DNA from: Thecamonas trahens ATCC 50062
Taxonomy: Eukaryota; Protista; Apusomonadida
NCBI RefSeq assembly: GCF_000142905.1
Contig: NW_013657666.1
Span: 493,937-557,936 of the forward strand
Reading direction: 5' to 3'
DNA: 64,000 bases
This document shows, in pieces, positions 47,201 to 57,453 of this stretch (the first letter of the stretch is position 1; the number at the start of each line of letters is the position of its first letter). The position numbers and the translations under genes are program-made. The notes beneath the pieces are model-generated. The model had not been told where the DNA came from, did not search any database, and worked only from the letters and a program-made list of their open reading frames with translations.

Positions 47201-48284
47201 TGAGTTGGGAGATCTCGTTCTCGAGCGCGGCGAGTGTTGCTGCAGTCGACGATGCCTCGGCGGCCGCGTCGGTAAGTGCCGTCTCATAGCGGGCACGGGT
47301 GGCATCCCGGTCGGCGGTAGCCTGGGCGACAGCGGCGGAGGCGGCGTCGAGTTTGGCCGCAAGTGTGTCCCGCTCGCGCAGCTGCTCGGTCTGCCGCTTG
47401 ATCTCGGCGGCCAACTCGGCGCGCTCGGCCAGGGCGACGGCCAGCTGGTCCTCGAGAGACGCCACATGGTCCTGCAGGGCTGACGCCTGACCCACGCTGG
47501 ACGCCCGGGTCTGTTCAAGCGTGGCCTGCAGCGTGGCCAGGTCGGCCTCGAGGCTCTCGCGCTCTGCTTCGGACGCGGCGAGCTTAGCGCCGACGTCGGC
47601 GAGAGCGGCGTCGTCGGCCTCGACCCGGGCCGAGGCCTCGGAGCCGGCCGAACGGGCGGCCGCCAGCTCGGCACGGAGCGTCTGAGCCTCGGTCTTCAGC
47701 GCGGCAGCCTCGTCACGGAGCTGGAAGACCTCGTCGTCGGCCTTGGCCAGGAGCTCCTCCAGAACCTGGACCTTTCGGGCATGCGCATAGCCCGGAGCTG
47801 ACTCTGGGCCGTCGTTGGCCGGCGGCTGCGACGCGGGGGGCAGTGCGTCAATCGACTCTTCTGCCGAGCGAAGCACGTCCTCGCCGTGCTTGCTGGCGAG
47901 CCGCGAGCGCTCTTCGGCGGACGACACGTACTCGTCGACAACCTCTGCCAGCATGATGCGGGTCTTTGTCAACTCGACCTGCAGCAGCTTTGCGCGAGTG
48001 GCCTCGTACCGCGCAGCCTCTTGAGCCTCGAGCACTTGACACTGAGCCTCCTTGCGACGATCGACCTCTGCAGCATACTGAGCGATGACCTGCTCCAGCG
48101 AGCGGTTAGCACGGACGAGTTCATCACGGACGTTGCGCTGAGTGGTCGAGGCAGAGGCAGAGGCAGATGAGTTCAAAGATAGATGCTGACGAGGCATTGA
48201 CGACGAGTAAGCTGCAGATGAAGCATGTGGCAACGTAGCCGAAGCCTCCATCGAGTCTGACCATAGTTGACGAGAGAGGTCCAT
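41216..48284 (-). CDS. Giant coiled-coil protein (~2350 aa) split by two apparent frameshifts (~46290 and ~44104)
   Basis: Three overlapping same-strand ORFs (46014..48284, 44002..46242, 41216..44005) with the same composition. Single-base additions give continuous sequence, e.g. NDLAE[K]LAATHAALSES. Confidence 0.75.
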
Positions 48285-48426
48285 ACCTCCACTGTGACCA
48301 TGACCACGACCATGATCTCGTTCTGTCTTGTTGTCTGACTAGAGTCTGGCCATGGTTGCGGAGGCTGTGGAGAGGCGTGAGTGGAGAGGTCGAAGCGGGA
48401 CGTCCGTCCAGAATGTGACATAGCAA

Positions 48427-48427
<1 letters not shown>

Positions 48428-48480
<53 letters not shown>

Positions 48481-48552
48481 TGGTGGTAGTGGTGGTGGTA
48501 GTGGTGGTGGTGAGGTGTGTGTGGTTGTGGTTGTGGGTGTGGTTGTGGTTGG
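48428..48552. repeat. (GT)n / (GGT)n microsatellite block
   Basis: Visible. Similar blocks occur at 2232-2335, 13630-13700, 26800-26900 and 40850-40960. Confidence 0.95.
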
Positions 48553-49154
48553 CGTGGCGGGTGTCTGTGGTGGCGCCAAACGGCGGCATGCGCTTTCAGT
48601 TGGGAGGATGACCGACATGACGGGAGTCTTGCATCGGAGGCGTGGTGATGGTAGCCATGGCATAGGGGAGGGATGATATGGGGAAGGAGGGGGAGGGGAA
48701 TGTTATCGACATGATATAGTGGTGGGATCTGGGACAAGGAGTGGGATAGGGGGAGGGGGTGGGGTGGGCTTGCCATCATCGTTTTGCCGTGGCGTAGATA
48801 GTCGGTGTTACCCACGTGGACATTAGACCAAGCTGCGAAGCCGGCAGGATTCAAGGATACTCATCAAGACATAAGTGGCCCAGCGTTTCTGTCTCGTGGT
48901 ACCCCCCTGCTATCCCTCATATCGAGATCACAGTCATATTGACTGGCAATCATACTTATCGATTGTTCGAGGTCTCCTCCCACGCGCACACCAACGAGGA
49001 ACCACCGACCGAGCTGCTCCTGTATCCGCAGCTACCGACTTTGAACACCATCTCACTCTCATCCAACCCACACCACGACCAGCTTATCTCTCTATCACCA
49101 AGCCCATCATTCGTCCCTCTTGTTCAGAAACGGTCTCTCTTGTTACGCGAGTCT

Positions 49155-52100
49155 ATGGCTAGGAGTATCGGCCGAGTGCAAATGCGGGAGATGGGCGGCA
49201 GTTCGTCGGCGTGGGTCATTAAGAACGTTCCACTGATGATGGTGATGACGAGCAGTATGATGATGACTATGATGGTGATGTTGATGATGATGGGCAATGA
49301 TGTTGCAAGAGTATCTGCTGCTACTTGCTCAACGTATAATGTGCCAGACTCGGATGTTGTGGTGGATGTGGGTGATCATCATGATGGCCATTTGCTCGCG
49401 GTGGGCGACTTCAATGATGATTCCTACATGGACATTGTGTGGTGCAATTCGAATACCTCCATGCCCTTGCTGGGCGAACTCTACATCGGTGGCCCGGGCT
49501 TGTCTTTTACCCGGTCTATGCTCATGTCGTCACCCTGCTTGCTTCCAGTCTCGGCTGACTTTAATGGTGATGGTGTGCTGGACGTCGTCATCTCATCGCC
49601 CGGCGTCATTTCGGTCTTCCTCGCTCCAGGATCGGTCGGAAGCTGGGATCCGCCGCTGGGCAGTACGTCAGGGCATATTGCTGGCGCGGCAACTGCCTCA
49701 GAGTCTATTCTGACGGTCGACATGGACCTCGACGGGGATCTGGACCTGATTGTGGCCGACCCGACCGACGCCCTGGTGATTTGGTACGCAAACGATGCGG
49801 GAGACGGCACGACGTGGTCGCCCAACGTCATTGTGCCGCCGATTCTGGGTGTTGCACCGCTAGGCATGGCATGGGCAGACCTCAACAATGACGGGTTTCC
49901 GGACGTGGTGGCCTCGCTGGCACTCTCGCAGGTTGTGGCCATTGTGCTAAGCCCGGGCTCTACGTCATACACCGCCGCCGACGTGCGGATGTTTCCGACA
50001 GCGTACGCAGCACGCGGGCTGGCGCTCATCGACTTGGATGCCGACGGTGATCTGGATCTGGTGGTAGCGCCCGGCTCGATCAAGACCGAGTTGGCCATTG
50101 CATACCACGAGAACACCGGCAACGGCGTGTTTTCGTCGGTCATCCTCACCTCGCCGGCCAACGGCCGCCAGGTTGGCATGGTCCTGCCGTTTGACGCCGA
50201 CGGCAACGGCGTTGACGACGTCATTTCGTGCGAGGTCGACGCCTTTCCTGTTCTCTACTCCAAAATCTCCCTTGTTGAGGGCACTCCGGTCACGGGGCCT
50301 TTCCTGCGCGAAGCGTTTTACACAGCGCGGCGCGCCGAGAACGTGGCCGCGGGCGATGCCAACTCGGACGGCTTCACGGACCTCATATTTGCGGCGTTTG
50401 GCGTCAGCGGCGAGCCAACGATCCGAGTTGTCGAACTCCTGCCTGTCGCTCCGTTCTCGCAGCTGCCGGTTGAGGTTGCGCTTGACAATGCCGTCTCGCG
50501 TGTCTCGATGTGGGCACTAGGCGATTTGGACGGCGACGGCGATGTTGACGTTGTTGTTGGTGACGCAGTCGCCGGCGTGATCACCTGGGCTGTTGCCGAC
50601 GCGTCGGGCGGCTTGGCAGCAGCAGCAGCGCCTCTGGCTACGTTTGTGCCGGGCACGATTGTGAGCGTTGCAGTGGCAGACATGACCGGCGACGCAGCGC
50701 TCGACATTGTGGCTTGCCTCGCCGATGGCAACGTCACGTTTGTGGTCTCAGAAGGCCGCGGGCAGTTTGGCGCTGCAGCGCGCGCCGCGAGCGATGTCCT
50801 TGGCTCGGGCGCTGTGCCGAACGCCATGATCCTCGCCAACCTCAACGGTGACGACATGGTGGACGTGCTCGCGTGGAACGCGGCTCGCATCGGCGTGGCA
50901 CTCAACGATGGGAGCGGCAACTTGCTTACGCCGCAGCTGCTGCCGGCGGCCACCGGCACCATCGCACACGTCTGTGTCGCCGACGTTGACAGTGACGGCG
51001 ACGACGACGTTGTCTTTGCCGATGCAGCAGGAGGTACTATTTACGCTGCGGCACAGACGAGCCCTGGCGTGTTTGCGGCGACGGCATCAGCTCTGGTCAC
51101 CGGCGAAGCTGGTGTGGCGTTTGTGGCGCTCGCTCACATCAATGGCGACGACGCGCTCGACCTGGTGTGGCACGCCGCGGGCGCGAGCTTTTCCTGGTCG
51201 GCCAACGTAGCCGGAGCGTTCCCCGGCCCTGTTTCGAGTCACGCGACGCCGAGCCCTGTGGTCTCACTCGCACTCCACGACGAGACCGGCGAACGGCGGA
51301 GTCATGTGGTTGTCTCGCTAGCGACGGCAGCGTACTGGTGGATCAACGCGCCGCGAACAGGGCTTGGTGCCAGCATCCATGTCGTGGCGCAGGGCCTGAC
51401 GAGTGTCCACAGTGGACGGGCGCACGATGTCAACGGCGATGGCGTGAGCGATGTCATGTTTGTGGACGACAACACGCTGTACCACGTGAGCGTAGCACGG
51501 CTGGAGGTGGGCGCCGGGCGCAACGCGGCGAACGTGCTCTCGTTTGACCACGCCGAGTGCGGCGGCGTGGTCTCGAGTGTCGCTTGCCTCTCTGCGGCGC
51601 TGGCGCGGACGTCTGGGTGTGTGGGAGTGACTCGGCGCTGGCTCCAGGTCCCGGCGCGGGTGACGGCGCCGTTTACCCGATGCCACACGACGCACGGACC
51701 GCTGCGGGTCCGCGGCTCGTTCAATATGAGGCTTGCACCGGGCCATCCCGGCGGAATGGCGATCGACTGCGGCCAGAGCGGCGGGCAACTGTTTGTCATC
51801 AGCGCCGGCGTCCGGGCTGTGGTGGCCGGCATTGACATCCGCGGCATGCGATCGTCGACCTTGCCCGACATCAAGGAAGGGTCGACCGGGATTCGAGTCG
51901 AGGGCTTGGGCGCCCACCTCGAGTTGCACAATCTTGAGGTGAGAGGGTGCTCGTCTGCAGACGCGTTGACCTTTCACGCGCACTCTGGGATCGGCGGCGC
52001 TGTGGCGGTTGTCGATGGTGGCTCGTTTGTGGCCTCGGGTGTTGTCTTTCGCGACAACACCGCCGGCGCGGCCGGCGGAGCTGTTGGGGCCCAGGGTGGC

Positions 52101-55100
52101 AGCGTCAAGCTCACGTTTACAGACGTGCTCTTTGCGAGCAACGTCGTGGCCGACACAGTCGGCGTTCAAGAGGGCGGCGGCGCAGTGTCGATCTTGGACG
52201 GCTCGTCGATGGTTGTGGCCATGACCAACGTCACCTTTTCCGGTAACTCGGTGGCTACCGGCTCGGGAGGGTGCCTTGAAGTGGCGGCGCTGACGACACG
52301 TGTGGTCATGCACAACGTCGAGTTTGATGGCTGCAGCGCGAGCAATGGTGGCGGCGGAGCAGTGTCGATTGTGGGCCCATCGACGCTGGTGGTGACACTG
52401 TCGGGCACCTTGTCGCGGATTGTCAACTCGACGGCAGCGTACGGCGGCGGAGTGGCGGTGGCGACCAAGGACGTGCTGCCACAGACTCTGGGCGGGTCCG
52501 GCATCGCCACCGAGGTCGGCACGCTTGGGGCGTCGTTCACCATGAGCGACGGTACGTTTGGCGACAGGCTCTCGGCCATGTACGGCGGTGCAGCGTTTGT
52601 GTGCAACGGAGTGCTCGACTTGCAGCAGGCGATCCTGACGGGGGCATCGAGGGCGGAAAACGCAGGCGGGTTTTGTTTCTTTTGCTCGATCTACGAGTCT
52701 AGGTGGCTGGTTGTCGGCAGCGAGGCCGGGCACACAGCGACTGTGACGCGGGGGTTCAACGCGCGGCTGGCGACGCCGCCGACCGCGGCGCACTGGATAA
52801 CTGCGCTGCCGAGCAGTGCGATGTCCGGACTGGCGTTTGGCAGTGGAGCCGTGGCGTTCACCGACAGCTTTGGTAACCCGGTGCTCGATCCGCTAACCAA
52901 GGCATCACTGTCTGTGACCAACGGCGGCTCGTTTGTGGTCAACGAGCTCCTGGCCGGGAGCGCGTTTTCGGCGGCGCTTGGCGGCATGTCGCTGGCCGAC
53001 GGCGCGGTGGCGGCACGGAGCGCAGCCGATCTGGGAACAGACGCAATGTTGCGGGTCGGGGTCTTTCTCGGCACCAACCCGAGTGTGTATGTGGACGGAA
53101 GGGTGCGGATTGGGGCATGTGAGGCGGGCTATGGCGCGACGGCAACGTTCCCTGACCCGCTGGTGTGCTCGATCTGCCTCGGCCTTACGTTTTCGAACGA
53201 GACTTCGGCGGCGGCATGCCAGCCCGAGGTGACCTGTGGTGGCGACGCGGTGGCAATCAATGGAGTGTGTCAGGTGTGTCCGGCCGGGACCGACCGGTTG
53301 TACGACGAAGCGCGCGTGCCGGGAGCATGCGAGTGCCGTGACGGATATTGGACGCCGCTACAGCGCCAGGACGTGGCGTGCGCGGCGTGTCCGGACGGGG
53401 CAAGTTGCCCAGGTGGGGTGGAACTGCCTGTGGCGCGTGAAGGCTGGTTCCCGACGGGCGCTGTGACGGACGGGGCGTTCCACAAGTGTGTGATCAAGGA
53501 AGCGTGTTTGGCCGGCGGCGTGTGCAGCGGCGGGTATCTGGATGGCAGCTACATGTGCAAGGACTGCGCAGAGGGATACTTTCGCAACTCACTTGGCGGG
53601 TGCTCGAGCTGCCCGACCGGCTCGTCGAACCTTGTTTTTGTCCTCTTTGGCAGTGTGGTTGCTGGCGCGGTGGCTGCTGTCCTGCTCGCGTGGTGGACGT
53701 ATCGGCAGTTTGTGGCGAGCGAGAGCACGATGGCGTCGACGCTCGAGGGCGATGGCGCGGGCGAAGCGACGACGTTTGGCAAGCGGACCAAGGTTGTTCC
53801 GCACTCGCTCTCTGTCCTCCTTATCTACCTGCAGATCATCAACATTGTGGGCTCTGCACCGTTCAACTGGCCGCCGCTTCTGGAGAAGACGATGCTGTAC
53901 TCGCGAGTTGCCAACGTGGACATGTCGCTGTTTGCGACCGGATGCAGCATTTCCTCGTTCTACTCGCGGTATGTGATGGGCGTTCTGCTCCCACTGCTGT
54001 TTTTTGTGGTGACGGTTGTGCTTGTGGTCATGTTCCGGATCTGCGGGTGTCTCGCGACGCCGGTGACAATGGAGCCTATCTCGACGTGGGCAGTGGTGGG
54101 CCGGCTGGTGTTTACGGTTGGCCCGCTCTTCTACATCCCGCTCTGCTCGTCGACACTGATCTTCTTTGACTGCACGCTCCTCCCAAACGGCGGGTGGTAC
54201 CTAGACGCCGATCTGGAGACGGCTTGCTTTGACGCCGAGTGGTGGCAGTATATGCCGGTAGCGGCCGGGGCGGTGGTGGCGTATGTGGTGGCGATGCCGA
54301 CACTGTTTGCGGTGACGCTTGTGCGGCATCGGGCGGAGCTCGACGACCCGCGGACGATTCTCAAGCTCGGGCCGATTTACAACCTGTACCGGCGACACTA
54401 CTACTACTACGAGCTTGTGCTGCTGGGAAAGCGGCTGGCGATTGTCTCTGCCGCACTGTTCTTCTCGAATCTGGAGGTGTGGCTCTTCCTCGCGCTGGCG
54501 AGCATTTTCCTCTCCTCGCTCATGTTCCAGATCCGGCACGATCCGTTCTACCAGCCGCTGCACAACCGGGTCGAGTCGTTCCTCAACGCTACAGTAACGA
54601 CGCTCATCTTTTTGGGCATGATGTTCTGGGCGGACGACTTTCCGAACCACGAGTCGTACAGTGTGGTGCTTGTGATCTCGATGGTGATGCTTGTGGCGTC
54701 GGTGGTGTTTGTGGCGACGATGGCGGTGCAGGAGGTGATCAACACGCACCACGTGTCGGCGGCCGTCCGCGACCGCGACTCGGCGGTGCTTGGAACTCAA
54801 GATGCGGTCTTTGTCGATCTTGTCAAGCGGTACGCGCCGGATCTCGAGAACGTGCAGCTTGCAGCGGCAGTCAGTGAGGCCGTCGACAGTCGTAGTCTGA
54901 CACGCGGCGGCTCGTCCTCGATTTACGGCGGATGGGGCCCGCCCACAACTTCGCCCACAACTGCGCCAGGTGAGCGGGGGGCAATGCCGACATCCGAACC
55001 AGGCGCAGCAGTAGCCGCGCGCAGTGGAGGCGGACTCAAGCGCCGATCGCAAGCCGCCAGCACTACCCGCAGCAACAACGCCAGTCATCGTGGACGTGCA

Positions 55101-55238
55101 TCGCAGACCTGGACTGGCACCAGTCGGTTTGGCGCGTTCTCGTCTTCATCGCCTGTATCAAGCAGTGACGATGAGTATGACGACGATGATGCTAGTGGCT
55201 CGCGATCGGGAGGCATTGCACTGTCTACGTTGAATTGA
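49155..55238 (+). CDS. Large cell-surface receptor-like protein: signal peptide, 14 FG-GAP/VCBS-like repeats, Pmp-like beta-helix, Cys-rich repeats, multi-pass TM domain
   Basis: Repeated D-x-[DN]-x-D-G-x-x-D motifs; GGA(V)/FxxN repeats; CxxCP motifs; TM module with YLQI..WP, FDC..YLDAD..C, LGPIYNLY..YYELVLLGKR, PF..HNRVE. The start is approximate. Confidence 0.85.
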   Translation: MARSIGRVQMREMGGSSSAWVIKNVPLMMVMTSSMMMTMMVMLMMMGNDVARVSAATCSTYNVPDSDVVVDVGDHHDGHLLAVGDFNDDSYMDIVWCNSNTSMPLLGELYIGGPGLSFTRSMLMSSPCLLPVSADFNGDGVLDVVISSPGVISVFLAPGSVGSWDPPLGSTSGHIAGAATASESILTVDMDLDGDLDLIVADPTDALVIWYANDAGDGTTWSPNVIVPPILGVAPLGMAWADLNNDGFPDVVASLALSQVVAIVLSPGSTSYTAADVRMFPTAYAARGLALIDLDADGDLDLVVAPGSIKTELAIAYHENTGNGVFSSVILTSPANGRQVGMVLPFDADGNGVDDVISCEVDAFPVLYSKISLVEGTPVTGPFLREAFYTARRAENVAAGDANSDGFTDLIFAAFGVSGEPTIRVVELLPVAPFSQLPVEVALDNAVSRVSMWALGDLDGDGDVDVVVGDAVAGVITWAVADASGGLAAAAAPLATFVPGTIVSVAVADMTGDAALDIVACLADGNVTFVVSEGRGQFGAAARAASDVLGSGAVPNAMILANLNGDDMVDVLAWNAARIGVALNDGSGNLLTPQLLPAATGTIAHVCVADVDSDGDDDVVFADAAGGTIYAAAQTSPGVFAATASALVTGEAGVAFVALAHINGDDALDLVWHAAGASFSWSANVAGAFPGPVSSHATPSPVVSLALHDETGERRSHVVVSLATAAYWWINAPRTGLGASIHVVAQGLTSVHSGRAHDVNGDGVSDVMFVDDNTLYHVSVARLEVGAGRNAANVLSFDHAECGGVVSSVACLSAALARTSGCVGVTRRWLQVPARVTAPFTRCHTTHGPLRVRGSFNMRLAPGHPGGMAIDCGQSGGQLFVISAGVRAVVAGIDIRGMRSSTLPDIKEGSTGIRVEGLGAHLELHNLEVRGCSSADALTFHAHSGIGGAVAVVDGGSFVASGVVFRDNTAGAAGGAVGAQGGSVKLTFTDVLFASNVVADTVGVQEGGGAVSILDGSSMVVAMTNVTFSGNSVATGSGGCLEVAALTTRVVMHNVEFDGCSASNGGGGAVSIVGPSTLVVTLSGTLSRIVNSTAAYGGGVAVATKDVLPQTLGGSGIATEVGTLGASFTMSDGTFGDRLSAMYGGAAFVCNGVLDLQQAILTGASRAENAGGFCFFCSIYESRWLVVGSEAGHTATVTRGFNARLATPPTAAHWITALPSSAMSGLAFGSGAVAFTDSFGNPVLDPLTKASLSVTNGGSFVVNELLAGSAFSAALGGMSLADGAVAARSAADLGTDAMLRVGVFLGTNPSVYVDGRVRIGACEAGYGATATFPDPLVCSICLGLTFSNETSAAACQPEVTCGGDAVAINGVCQVCPAGTDRLYDEARVPGACECRDGYWTPLQRQDVACAACPDGASCPGGVELPVAREGWFPTGAVTDGAFHKCVIKEACLAGGVCSGGYLDGSYMCKDCAEGYFRNSLGGCSSCPTGSSNLVFVLFGSVVAGAVAAVLLAWWTYRQFVASESTMASTLEGDGAGEATTFGKRTKVVPHSLSVLLIYLQIINIVGSAPFNWPPLLEKTMLYSRVANVDMSLFATGCSISSFYSRYVMGVLLPLLFFVVTVVLVVMFRICGCLATPVTMEPISTWAVVGRLVFTVGPLFYIPLCSSTLIFFDCTLLPNGGWYLDADLETACFDAEWWQYMPVAAGAVVAYVVAMPTLFAVTLVRHRAELDDPRTILKLGPIYNLYRRHYYYYELVLLGKRLAIVSAALFFSNLEVWLFLALASIFLSSLMFQIRHDPFYQPLHNRVESFLNATVTTLIFLGMMFWADDFPNHESYSVVLVISMVMLVASVVFVATMAVQEVINTHHVSAAVRDRDSAVLGTQDAVFVDLVKRYAPDLENVQLAAAVSEAVDSRSLTRGGSSSIYGGWGPPTTSPTTAPGERGAMPTSEPGAAVAARSGGGLKRRSQAASTTRSNNASHRGRASQTWTGTSRFGAFSSSSPVSSSDDEYDDDDASGSRSGGIALSTLN

Positions 55239-55392
55239 TTGAACACAATCGTCACAATGGAGAGTTGGCTTGGGTCGCGGTCTTGTCCCGCCGGCGTGCC
55301 GTCGCTCGACTGTACTGCGGCCGCGCCACACGCGACTCGCGCAACAGCGGCGAGATTGCGAGGGTGGCCGACTTGGAGCCAGATTCGAGGTC

Positions 55393-57350
55393 ATGGGCAG
55401 AGTGCGGCATGTATGTAGCGTAGCGTGGGTAGTGTGGGTTGCTCTGAGTGTGATGACCTTGGCGGTGTGTTGGCGGGGAGCGAGGCAGCAAGGACGGGCA
55501 AGGTGATGAAGAGGCAGAACGATGACATGAGCGGGATTGTGGCTGATCAAAGCAGTCGAGGTGGTGGAATGGGTCATGGTCTGGCCGGAGATGAAAGAGG
55601 AGGTGGCGATGCGAGGCGGCAAGTGCTAGCAGCAGAGGCAACTGAAGCTGGGGCGGCGTTGGCAAAGGCAGTGGCGGATGGGAAGGAGTGGAACCATCAC
55701 ACGATTGGGTGCGGCAAGGTGCGGACGGGGCTGTTTGATGCCGTGGTGTGCTTTGAAAAGAGATATGCGGAGCTGTCGCGCGATGTGGCAAGTCCGATCG
55801 AGCTGGCGTTTACCGTTGTCGAGCGAGTGTTTGCCAAGAGCGAAGACGTGCCGCATGTAGAGAAGGATCAGCCGGGAAGCAAGCCGTACACATGCGGCGA
55901 TTCGTGGGCGATGCGGTGGGAGCATGCCGGAACTGGAGCGTCGTTTGCGCCAGTCTCGATCACGGCCGACGCAAAGAACTGCGATCGGTACGTGGTGAAG
56001 ATGTACTTGCCGCCGCTCGCCGGGTCGTACGGACTCGACATGCGGCTGCTTCACGTCGACGGGAGCGGGATGGCAGATCCACGGCCGGATGAGATGGAGC
56101 GGCTCGCGTTTCCGAATCCCGAGGCGCTGCCCGAGGCCGGGCCGTTTGGCTTTAACGTGAAGCTGGAGACGATTGACGACGATTCGCCGCTGGGGCTTCT
56201 CCATGTGATGGCGTGGGAGGGATGGGAGGCGCGGAGCCGCGACGACCCGGTCTGCACGGGCGCGCGTGGCTTTCGCGAGAACGAGCGGTTCGGATGGTGG
56301 CTGCCGCCAATCGACGGCGAGACGCCGGACTTTCCGCGGCTCGGGCTGCAGTACTATCACGTGAATGGCTGTCCCGTAGGGCGGACAGCATCGACTGAGT
56401 TTAGCAAGTGCATGGCGGACACGGCGCTTGATGTACTCGGCGAGTCGATTGGTGGGCATGTGGCGAACCTGGCGCTCCAGCACGTGGTCTCGCTCGAGGT
56501 GGACAAGCTAGAGCGTGGCGAGCAGCGCGGAGTCGGGATCGGACGGTACCACCAGCATCCGTCGATGATGACGCGGGCGGATCCGCTGTTTGCCGGGCGA
56601 AACCCGCCGCCCGGTGAGGCTGGCGGGTGCCGGCGGTTCTCTGGGCATGGGCTGATGGTGACGGAGCCGATGGTGCTCCGGGGCCAAGTCCCGCGCGACG
56701 AGGCCGAGTTTTTGGCTGTGATCATGGGCGCGAACGACGCGATGCGAGAGACGCTCGAGATCTGGGAGCAACGGTGGACGACGCTGCTCGACAAGCTGGA
56801 GGAGCGCGGATGGGGAGGGACGCTGGTGCTGTTCACGACGCCGGTGCGGCGGTACAAGGCGACAGCCGAGGGCGACGCGTCAATCCGAGCCGGCAAGAAG
56901 GACAAGTACGATGTGGAGATATTTGGTGGCCGGCTCCTCGGTGCCGACGCCGAGATGCAGCACGAGGAGCGGCCACTTGGCAGGGTGGCGGCTGAGTCTG
57001 CGGTCGGGAGTGGATTCCGCGTCCGCGACCGGGCGCGGCACACGTCGAGCTCGCCGCGGTCTTCCACGCCGCGGTTTTACAACACATATCCGCGGGTCAA
57101 GGCCTTTTCCCAGCGGGCGATCGATATTGTCAGCAGTCGGTTGCCCGAGTCGAGACGGGCACTCGTCGACTTTGAGGCGATCACTGATGGCCTCCATCCT
57201 GACTACTGCCGCGATGGTGTCCACTACTGCGCGTTTTCCGAGTCGCTCTGGCCGTATCTCGCCAACAATCAGCACTGGCCACACTGTGGACCGACACATG
57301 CTGCCGCCGATTTGCTCTTTACTCGTGTTTGTGGCCTGCGATCGAAGTAA
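55393..57350 (+). CDS. Secreted SGNH-hydrolase/acyltransferase-like protein (NXPE/PC-esterase-like), with an apparent frameshift at ~55467
   Basis: C.....LDVLGES (block I Ser), MGAND (block III), RDGVHY (DxxH) and an upstream Ig/filamin-like segment (YVVKMYLPPLAGSYGLDMRL). A hydrophobic leader from ATG 55393 lies in the neighbouring frame. Confidence 0.65.
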
Positions 57351-57453
57351 ATGGGCCAGGAGACGCTTGTCGTAGGGGTGGGGAGGGCACTCGCATGTGC
57401 GAGTTGAGCCCAGACTGACCGATGACGGGTGAGGCATCGCACTCTTCTCTCAC

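Noticed and set aside
37008-48284. Myosin, kinesin or SMC assignment
   Set aside because: No motor or ATPase motifs were seen, only coiled coil
49155-55238. Integrin alpha subunit
   Set aside because: It has FG-GAP-like repeats but no thigh/calf domains, no single TM with GFFKR, and a multi-pass C-terminus
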